Below are positions 52,018-64,000 of a DNA stretch of 64,000 nt, in pieces. The stretch lies in assembly GCA_021613535.1 (NCBI GenBank), contig CP075495.1, forward strand, positions 2,976,001 through 3,040,000, read 5' to 3'. This DNA comes from Adineta vaga (Eukaryota; Animalia; Rotifera). Position 1 is the first letter of the stretch. Each line of letters opens with the position of its first letter. The notes beneath the pieces were generated by a model. It was given only the letters and a program-made list of their open reading frames with translations, did no database searches and had not been told where the DNA came from. The position numbers and the translations under genes were made by a program.

Positions 52018-54187
52018 TTAATTAATACCACTACCAAATAGTATGTTATGACTTGAAAATTTTTTATTTACAGCTAAATTTCATATTCTCTAATCCATTG
52101 AATCACCTAAAATGAATCAATAATAGATATTTTATTATCTACAAGAGAAAACCATCATACTTCTCGAACGACTACGACGATTATATCGTGATTTTGATGG
52201 TGAACGAGATGCACGACGGATATTTCCTTCAGGTTTTTTCCGACGATTTGTTAATGTTGCATAACGTGGTGAATCAAAATAAAGTTCAACATAACGACTA
52301 CCTAGAGAAAATCATTTATTTACGATTTAATAATTCGTTAGTCCTTTACAAATGTTCTTACCCATATATTTTCGATCATATTTCATTGCTTCATCAACTT
52401 CTTCGATTGTATTGTAATAGAGATATCCATTTCCATTTGGTCGTTTCATACGACGATCTTGTGCAATTTCGATGCGTGTTGGTTGACATGACGATGGAAA
52501 GAACTAGAGAATAGTATTGTTTTATTTTAAAGATTTCCATGAAACAAAATATGCAATTACCTTTCGAACATCTTCTTCAACAACAGTATATGGCATACCA
52601 CGAATTTTCACAATGAATTCTTCGTGACGAGATGATGAACGACGAGCTGGACTACGACTTCGACTTCGACGTGAACGATTATTATTATTGTTATTATTAT
52701 ATGAGCCTATGCAATAGTGAAAAGTATGTTATATATAAAATTTAGATATTGGACATTACGTTGATTGAAACTTCTTGGTGGAGCTAAAGAAAAAACGATA
52801 GATTAGTTCAATTGAATATAAAACTCATGATTTGTGTTGTATCTTACGTCGTGATCGTGGCGATGGAGAAACAGATGGTGAATGACGTCGTTTCATATCT
52901 TTTGGACGATAATCTATAATAATTTAAATTGGAAATCAATAATAAAAACTTGAGATATTCATACTTCCATGACTTGTCGATCGTGAACGTTGCCGACTTC
53001 GACTTCGTGAATTTTGTTTCTCATTATGATTATTCGTTTCAGTTTTATTATTCACATCAGTATCCTCCTCACCAACAAATTGTCTTGCATTCGCTCGTGC
53101 ATCATTCATAATCCGTCGTTTTGCTTCTTCATATGTTGAGGGAAATAATTCAATACACCTAATGAAAATCAAAACATACATTAATCAATAATTATACTCG
53201 ATATGAACATAAAATCTATTGACAAAAATCTTCTTTTCTTTTTAATTACTACGACATGAAATATGGAAGGAATGAATTTTTTCTACCTGACATAAAACCG
53301 GCAACACCATTGATCAGTACACCTCACCTCTCACCTAATCCTCCCTTTCTTTTCATTTTATACTCCATTGATTAAATCTGCTAGTGCTTCAATATTTTCT
53401 ATCGAAAGACCATGTCCCATCGAACCTGTGTTGTAAACGTTTTTGATCATGTATGTCAATTGCTTTGTATGCATTATCCATGTCAACAAAAGCAACAAAT
53501 CCATCACCCAATGCTTGATCAGCCATATCTCGTGTTATATAAATACCATTTCTTGCTATTACAATATCTAAATATATGACAAATACAAAATTTGAAATAA
53601 CACTTCTATTCTTTCGTACGTACTTTCAAAGAAATTTTGAACATTACCCATCGTACAAACCGATGGAAGACCACTCATGCGAATAACAGGTTCCCGCCAA
53701 GTTACTATACCTTTTTGTTTAACATAAAAATTGTATTCATGAGAAGTCGTTGGATGGACTAAATGAAATTATTCAAATTGATCTTCATTAAATTTGTTCT
53801 TCATTTCATACCTTCAATTTCTTTCTTATTGATGCAAACACCTGATTTTTTCAAAGCATCTTTAACATCAATCTCTGATTCTAACTCGACGAAACATTCA
53901 TTCGGTGGTGCACTATTATTCTCATTATCAAATAAATGAACCATAGTAACACGACATGCTAGAAAATATATTAATCGACTTAATATGTAAATGAATCGTA
54001 GAATAGAATTGAACTTACGAGAAAGAAATCGTTTGATATCATCTTCAGTTAATGAAGAAGAAATACCATGAAGTTTAACGAAATAATTATTTTGATCTGA
54101 TGATTTCGGGTCATCTCGAACTTCTAATTCATCTCGAACTTCTAATTCATCACGATCTTCTGATTCATCACGTTCACGACTCATCAT
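52018..54187 (-). CDS. hnRNP F/H/GRSF1-like qRRM protein with RS-rich linkers (multi-exon)
   Basis: Three qRRM-like units (YFVKLHGIS...ECFVELES; PVIRMSGLP...GDGFVAF...RCIELF; FIVKIRGMPYT...RRYVELYF) separated by RSRSRS tracts. Confidence 0.82.
54111..54172. repeat. 18-bp coding tandem repeat (RDELEV units)
   Basis: tcatctcgaacttctaat twice exactly, plus degenerate copies. Confidence 0.8.
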
Positions 54188-54531
54188 ATTTTAATATAAT
54201 TATAGATAAGTCACAAAATTCACGTAAGAATAAATGAAAGTTCTAAAAAAAAACTGAATCTAATTTGTATTTATTTAAGTGTATTATGGTCAAATGAATG
54301 AAAATGTAATCTTTTACATTACACATACATCTAGCCTCTTTTCTTAATATTGATAAAATCAATCCAATCGTAAAATGGCGCTACCGTTTCTTCAACTAGC
54401 GACTTTGTAATATATATATCGTTTCATTTTCTCCGTCTATAGATTATTATTTCGTTTACTTTAAAAGTTGACAAACATAATTGATAAAAACAAATAATTA
54501 CAAAATAATTCGAATAACAAATGAACAACTC

Positions 54532-54553
54532 GCACACACACACACACACACAC
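54532..54553. repeat. (CA)n microsatellite
   Basis: Run of ca dinucleotides visible in the sequence. Confidence 0.85.
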
Positions 54554-54770
54554 ATATATGGATATACATATTACAAAATGAGATTTCGTTTTTGTTTTCC
54601 TTAACATCATTGTTTCACCATATGAACTTCTATGCGTATTGCACCGAGATAGAATGAGAGGATGGATATTGGAGATATGAACAAAACACACTTAAAGAAC
54701 CGGTTGAAAGGTTTTTTTTTGCTTTCGTATGGAATGGAATTATGGAAGATAAAAAGAAAGTGTTAGGAAT

Positions 54771-57008
54771 CTATGGCGAGAGACCTTCGTATGTTTCACG
54801 ATGAACATCGGGTAAAGAATTGAAAATTTGTGGTTCATGTCGTTTTATATATTGAACAGCATTCAAATGAATTTGGTTCACTTCTTGAATCGATGGAATC
54901 AATTGAAGAATATCAAGGAACATATTTGGTTCGTCTAAAATAGAACATTTTTATTCAATAATTGAACGGAAAAAAGAAATCAAATATACTTGGATGATGA
55001 CGACGTAAATGTCGATAGAGTACTTGCATTAGTTTCGCTTCAATCTGACCAACTAATTGTTTATCACATAAATCCGGTCGTTCTATTAGTACAATCATAG
55101 GAATACGTGAAAGGGAAAAAGAATGCAATGTATTCATACCTGGATTCATTAGTAATAATGCATTAAATAATGCAATATCACTGTCAGTCCATCGAAGATG
55201 AGTGGCTTTCAATCCTAAATCGAATATTTCTAACATGATAACTCCTAAGGTTCTGATTGTTTTAATAAAATCTCGATCCATATAAGCAGAAAAATCTGGT
55301 GTAAGCATTAGTTTTTGTTCTGCATCGAATAAAGTAAACCAACTAACAAGAATAGTTTCAAAAGCTCCTAAATAAAATCGTAATTCAAAACAATATATAT
55401 CATTGATTTTCGACTTACCATGACGAAATAAACAAATTTGATCATCTTGTGAGATGTGTTGAAAAAATGTATAATATTTAAATGTTCGTAAGATACTTTC
55501 AAATGGAAAACTCAATTGCCAATTTGCCCATACTAATGCCGGATCGCAATTTAAATCATCACTCTAAAATAATAGAAAAAAAAAGTTGAGAATTTTCTTT
55601 CACATTCGTTCAAACTAGTTGTCATACCACTGAATCTGCCCATATAGGTGGATTTTCTTCAATTTTCATTTGAATTTTTTCAAATGTACATATACAAAAT
55701 TGTAGATGTGCACCAATAATAACTTGAGCAATATGATCCATTTCTTTTGCTTCGAGATCGGTTAATAACTTTTCTTGATATAATAACATTGATGTTAGTT
55801 TTCGGACGACTTCTCGATGAATATCTGGTGAAATTGTTTGACGATGTTGAAAAAGACATTCAGGAAATGTTAAAAATGATGAAGTAGATGAATTTGGAGT
55901 TTCAACTGTAACGGATGGTGCACGATAAGGTGAAGATAAAAGATTTGATGTGGTCTGACAGATTCTGTTCGATTTGTAGGTGATAATTGTTTATCTCGTT
56001 CTTCGGGTGGTGTTGGTTGTTTTAGAAAAACTTCATTCGTATTCATGGAATGTTTCGGTTGGTGACGTTGCATTTCTTGTAAACGAGCAAATGCTGATAT
56101 TTTTGTTGGTGATGTCATTAACATTGAATTTGATTCTTTGTCATTCTTAATTAGATTTACAGTTTCTGATCGAGGTCGTTTTGGTCGACGACCTAACCGA
56201 GATGCTTCACGACTCATACCAACATCGAAACATTTCTTTAATCGACAATATTGACAAGAATTTCGACTAAACGGTGTTATTTCACAATTACCCGTATTAT
56301 TACAACGATGAGACATTCCTTGAGTTATACATCGACGAAAGAAACCCTATAAATAATTGATAAGATAATAGTCCTTACGAAGAAATCGACGAAATTTTAC
56401 CTTGCAACCTTCACACGAATTCACGCCATAATGGAAACCACTTGCTTCATCACCACATACTAGACATGGCACATGTACCGTTATTGATCCGGGAATTTTT
56501 CCACCATTTGCTTTTATCAACGAAGCAATCGTATTATTGTTGTTGTTTTCGCATAATTGTTTTTGTTCAAGATTCGGCTCGATTTTGACGGGTGTCGACG
56601 GGAGAGGTGATTTCGAATGATTTAATTCATGTGATTGTGTCAGCGGAACAATGGAAGTTGTCGGTGTTGTTGATAATCGGAAATCTTCTTTTGCATTGTG
56701 GTGTTGATTGGTTTCCGTTAGATTTGAAGTGGATTGTTGCTGAAGATAATGATGATGATGAATAATAGCTGTTGGAGTTGGTTGCTCAACTTCTACATTT
56801 CGACATGTTGATTCAATATCAGTACAAATATTTTGTAGATCTGGAGTTTTAATATAATGTGAAAAACGTTGTTTTGGTTTGTATGGATGATGATAAGAAT
56901 GAGCTGTTTCAATCATTGGATGATGATGATGAATATTGAAATCGTCGTAAACAGTCTGTTGTTGATGTTGTTGTTGTTGTTGTTGCTGCTGTTGTTGTTG
57001 TGGATAAC
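54771..57008 (-). CDS. NR1-subfamily nuclear receptor (E75/Rev-erb-related); 5' end uncertain, apparent frameshift near 55950
   Basis: [30 protein letters not shown]...[27 protein letters not shown]; [44 protein letters not shown]. Confidence 0.88.
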
Positions 57009-58297
57009 CTATTTGTTTGATAAAAAAAGAGTGCGATATGGCTATAAGTGAGAAAATGAAGGCAAGAGAGGGAAAAAGAGAGAGATAGATCGAATTTTTT
57101 CTCTTTTTTCTACATATTTTCTCAACGGTTTGCTGACCTTGAAGTTCAACATGATTTTTTGCATGCGTTCTCTTTTCCTCTTATTCATGATTGAGTAATC
57201 ATTCAGTCGATGCGATCAATGACCTCCACCACTCGAACAATTAGAATATGCGTGAGAGTCAGCGGTCATCTAATGACGTAACACATATTCACACATTCGT
57301 TTCCGTTCTATATCTACATACATATATATATATATAGACAATTATGTTAAAGATAATATTTTCATTGTCTATTGATTAGATCTGTTGATCGTTTTCCATA
57401 AAACCTACCAGTTGCCAGTATTCGTCCAGCAGTCGAACCACATTTCGTTCATCATTGTTCTTTGTGTGCATATGTGTCACCGAAGTAGTGTACTTCTCTT
57501 AATGGTCAAACACTCTTTGGTGTTGCCTCTATATTCTTATTCGGGTTGGTTTATTTGACCAGTGTACTTCCTTCCTTCCTTCCCCATCCTATCGGATATA
57601 GTGCGATTGACCAACACCATCAATTGCTGTCCTTTCTTCGTGTCCTTGAGAGTGAGGTCAAGTAACGAACACGAAAATGAGAAAGAAGAAGAAATGACGG
57701 AGGGAAGAGAGAGAGAGTAATCATGTATGCGAACGAACAAATGAGTGAGTTATTTAATGAGTGTGCCCTATATCAGTCTTGATAATTTGAACACAATTGG
57801 ATAGAAAACGATGGTGATCGAGAGAATGAATAGACGACCTTGATGTGATCCGAAGAATAATAAATGATTAACTGGTTGATAAGAAGTATGTAAGCGAAAG
57901 AGAGATAGAAAGAGCAACACTGAACTATTATTTCCACACAATTTCACAGTTCATTGTATGTCAAATGTTTTTATGATCAGAAAAGCAAAGATCAAATAAA
58001 GTTTTATACAAGAAATGTTATTGTTATATTTATAAATGAAAGTTTTGATGTCATCATCATTGATGAGTTTTGTAATCTGGATAATGATGTGATCGATCAA
58101 TCATCTATGCAACTAAATTCTATAACAATAAAATGTCTTGTACTCATTCATCTTATGAAAAAAAAGTATTTAGTATAAATTTTTTTGACGAGCTATTTAA
58201 TTATCAATCAAAAGACATGAATATAATGTAGTTCATTTCTTTTTCTCATGAGATCTATAATAAATTTGTTTTGTATATGAAATCTCATTAGCAATAA

Positions 58298-59944
<1,647 letters not shown>

Positions 59945-60740
59945 CAATAATTTGATAGTAAATTTTTCATGTTCATAAGGAGAATGAGAATTGAAAAAGT
60001 CAAAATAAAAAATAATTTGTTAGGACGTTTTTTTTTCGATGAGATAGAAAAGATGAAGTTTTATCAAGGAATCGAAATTCGTAAATTATCGAACCGAAAA
60101 GCATGCATGAACATTATTAGTACATACTTTTCGTTTATATATATAAATATTTAAGTTGACATGGAAACAATCGAAATTAATTTCTTTTTTTTAAACATAA
60201 TTATAAATAATGTTCGGTTTATGACATTGAATTTTATTTCTATCGAATCAAGAAAAAGTTGCACTTTGACTTGTTGTTATAATGCAAGCTATTTATAGAT
60301 TATTGAATTGTTTCATAAATTCATAGTAATATTTGTGAATAAACATGCCATGAATAATCGGAAAAATACATCTATCAATGACACATAGTTAGTGCATTTC
60401 TTATTTAATTAAATATACATCAATTTTTTCGTTCTTTACATACTTTAAAGACATTTTCTTTTGCGACGTCATTTCGTTTTTCAATGACGATGTGTAATCA
60501 TGATAGTATACAGATTTATCGTTTTCTTTCGTTTTTCTTTATTGACTCACCATCATTCATTTGTATATTCTTATCCTTGAATGTTATAAAGAGAATGTTC
60601 GTTTTCGTTCTTCCAATCGAACGAATGATTAATCAGTCTATGACTATAAAAGTCGAAGAGTTTATTCGATTTTTCATCACAAGTTCACATATTCACTTTT
60701 CTATTCTCTTTTACATTTGAAATACAGCACACAAGCAAGC

Positions 60741-61172
60741 ATGTCTCATGGAACTCTTCAAGTAACTGTTGTCGAAGGTCGTAATCTTAAAGACAAAGAT
60801 ACATTCGGTCAAAATGATGCATATATCGAATTATACATGGATAAAGATTATAAACAACGAACATCTACAATCAAAGATACTAATTCACCAACATGGAATG
60901 AAACATTTAATTTGTAAGTATAAATAATTTTATCTAAGATTAATCTTAATCTTTCTGTTTTAATGAATAGTAATCTATTGAAAGGACAAGATCAATTACA
61001 TCTTAAAGTTTATGATGAAGATCTTGTTGGAAAAGATTCAATTGGTTCAGCAAAAGTTAGTTTGAAAAAAATTCAACAAGCTGGTGGACATTTAGATGAA
61101 TGGATTAAATTACCAGCACATCTTGGCCTTGGTTCACATGGTGAAATTCATTTAGTTTTACGACTTAGTTAA
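60741..61172 (+). CDS. Small single C2-domain Ca2+/lipid-binding protein, 2 exons
   Basis: GTLQVTVVEGRNLKDKDTFGQNDAY...PTWNETFNF...KVYDEDLVGKDSIG...WIKLPAHLGLGSHGEIHL; intron 60914-60970. Confidence 0.9.
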
Positions 61173-61546
61173 ATTAAATCAAAAACTTTCTCATATTAAA
61201 GCGAATGAACTATTTTAACTTTTTCTTTTAAAAAATAAAGTACTAGAAGATTTTCGAATAAATCGTCCTATATATACATTTCTTTATTGTGTTAATCAAA
61301 ATCCCTGGTTATACAGGGGCAAAGTTACGTCGAGAAAAAACACAGACAGAAAAGGGTAAGTACAACAGAACAGATAAAAATTCAGCGTGTTCGGCAAATA
61401 AAGAAAAAAAAGAAAAAGAGGGGCAAGGCATGGAAGTATCGTCCTTTTCTTTTCTTACAAGCGATCACATCACGAGCAGGCAAATACGTAATAAGTACTA
61501 ATAATTTACTCAGTATTTTTCGTAAAAAATAAAAACTTCGGTGAAT

Positions 61547-63791
61547 ATGTTATCAAAACTTATTTCCAAACAAGTTCTTAATCATGGACTTCGTTTAACA
61601 ACAAGAGCTGCATCAGCATCGGCACAAAAGAAACCTGTTGGTGACCGAAAACCCGATGTAAAATACCAAAAAGTTCGTTGCATTCAAAAATTATTATTTG
61701 TTATCAAGTCACTCTTTGTCTTCTTCTTCTTCTTCTTCTAGCTTTTCATTAATAATGAATTTGTTGATGCAATCAGCGGAAATACATTTGAAGTTCTTAA
61801 TCCAGCAACAGGTGACGTTATCACCGAAGTTGCCGATGCTTCTGAAGTAATATCTTGTCAAAATATTCTTCTTTTTGTTATTTTTAACGATATTTTTATG
61901 AATAGAAAGACATTGATCGAGCTGTGAAAGCAGCTAAAGATGCTTTTCGTCTTGGTTCTGAATGGCGTCGTATGGTTTGTATCAAATCATGAATTCTGTC
62001 TATTCATGTAATGATCAGAACTTATTTTTTTAAATCTAGGATCCTGCTGCTCGTGGTGGACTACTCAATAAACTTGCTGATCTTATTGAACGTGATCAAG
62101 CATATCTTGCAGCTTTAGAAACATTCAATAATGGCAAACCATTCAAAGATTCATATAATATCGATATTCCACATTGTATTTCGGTTCTTCGGTAGTCAAC
62201 ATATTTAACTTCATTTTCGTTATTAATATGTCGTTTCGTATATTAGATACTATGCCGGATGGCCAGACAAAATGAATGGCAAAGTTTTACCTGTTGCTGG
62301 TGATTTCTTTTCATATACCCGACGTGAACCTGTTGGTATTGTTGGTCAAATTATACCAGTAAGAAAAGAAGAATTTGATAGATTGTTTTCAAGAATATTT
62401 CTAATGATCTATTTCAGTGGAACTTTCCAATGATTTTACTCTGTTGGAAAATTGGCCCCTCGGTCGCAGCTGGTTGTACAACAGTTATTAAACTTGATGA
62501 ACATACACCCTTAACTGGACTTTATACAGCAAAATTGATTGAAGAAGCTGGTTTTCCACCAGTTTGTATTTTGTTTTTGAATGCAAATCTTGCCACTAAC
62601 AATTTGTTCATTGATTCTTCAAGGGTGTTATCAATATTATTTCTGGAGATGGACCACATTGTGGAGCATCACTTGTTAAACATCCTGATGTTAATAAAAT
62701 TGCATTTACTGGTTCGACACAAGTTGGTAAAATTATTGGAGCAGAAACTGCCAAAATGGTGAAACGAACAACACTTGAACTTGGTGGAAAATCGCCAAAT
62801 CTTGTCTTTGCTGATTGTGATCGTATGTCTTCTATTTTTTATTCTATGTAATATTTGTAGCATATCGATATCGTTTTTAGTTGATACGGCCGTTGAAATG
62901 TCACACTTTGCATTATTCTTCAATCAAGGTCAATGCTGTTGTGGTACGTTTGAATTGTTTGTTTGCTTTTGTGATTGATAGAAACACTAATTAAATGTCT
63001 GATTTAGCTGGATCACGTACTTATGTTGAAGAAAAGATTTATGACGAATTTGTTCAACGAAGTATTGAACGTACAAAACGACGAAAAGTTGGTGATCCAT
63101 TTGATGAAAGTACTGAACAAGGACCACAAGTAAATAGACGAAATGAATTGACATTATAGTGAAACGAAAACAATAATTTATTTTATTTCCAGATTAGTCA
63201 TGAACAAATGGACAAAATTTTAGATTTAATTGAATCAGGCAAAAGAGCTGGTGCGAAATTACTTACTGGTGGTCAACGAGAAGGCGACAAAGGATTCTTT
63301 GTTCAACCAACACTTTTTGCTGATGTTAAAGATGATCATCGTATTGCTCGTGAAGAAGTAATTTGTCTTCTTTTTTCTTTTAATATTTCAAATGATTTGA
63401 TTTTATATACTTAAAATGATAGATTTTTGGACCAGTCATGCAAATTTTGAAATTCAAATCAATTGAAGAAGTCATCGAACGTGCTAATGATACAGATTAT
63501 GGTTTAGCTGCTAGTGTTTTTACAAAAGATTTAGATAAAGCAATTGTTGTTAGCAATGGTCTTCGAGCTGGTTCAGTTTGGGTCAATACTTATGATAACT
63601 TTGATCCTGTTGCACCATTTGGAGGATTCAAACAAAGTGGTCTCGGACGTGAAAAGAGTGAATATGCTCTTGATTCCTATACCGAAACTAAATGTGTATG
63701 TATTATCGATATAATGATGAAATATATATACATGTATAATATTAATTATTTGTTTTAGGTAACAATTAAGATTTCAGAAAGAAATTCATAA
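61547..63791 (+). CDS. ALDH2: Mitochondrial aldehyde dehydrogenase (ALDH2/ALDH1 family, multi-exon)
   Basis: Presequence; [47 protein letters not shown]. Confidence 0.95.
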
Positions 63792-64000
63792 TTAACTAGA
63801 TGAAAAAAATGTGTCAATATCATCAATGAAATTATTTTGATTCAAAAAAAGCACATTTCTTCATATTTTCATCATGATATTTTTTTTGTATATCATCGCA
63901 GTTCCTAGTTTATCCTTTGATTTTATTATAACGTAGCTTCTTGTCCGATTTATAACTGAAAGAAAACATTATTTGAAAAATAAACAAACAACATACATAA

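Overview
Gene-dense, AT-rich eukaryotic (metazoan) genomic DNA with many short (about 40-70 nt) GT-AG introns. Composition, intron style, and a mix of core animal genes with apparently foreign genes suggest a bdelloid rotifer (inference). About 24 protein-coding genes can be reconstructed: SNX5/6 (partial), two tandem Sds3-family genes, INTS5, a type II (alternative) NADH dehydrogenase, TMEM132, a BAG1-like Ubl-only protein, DDX55, NDUFS8, CECR2, a LIM protein, an ApoL-like protein, a small orphan ORF, an SLCO/OATP transporter, an SNase-fold membrane protein, CFAP54, an intronless DUF4139-like gene nested antisense in a CFAP54 intron, FAM227, a stand-alone HDAC6-type ZnF-UBP protein, an hnRNP F/H-like RS protein, an NR1 nuclear receptor, TSSK, a small C2 protein and ALDH2. 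Most notable: four candidate horizontally acquired genes (NDH-2, SNase-like, DUF4139-like, C2), operon-like gene spacing with unpaired splice acceptors (possible SL trans-splicing), a candidate autoregulatory poison intron, and an intact testis-type kinase. Family calls come from my recognition of motifs, not from database searches. CDS coordinates span start to stop including introns. No rRNA, tRNA, CRISPR array or clear transposon was seen.
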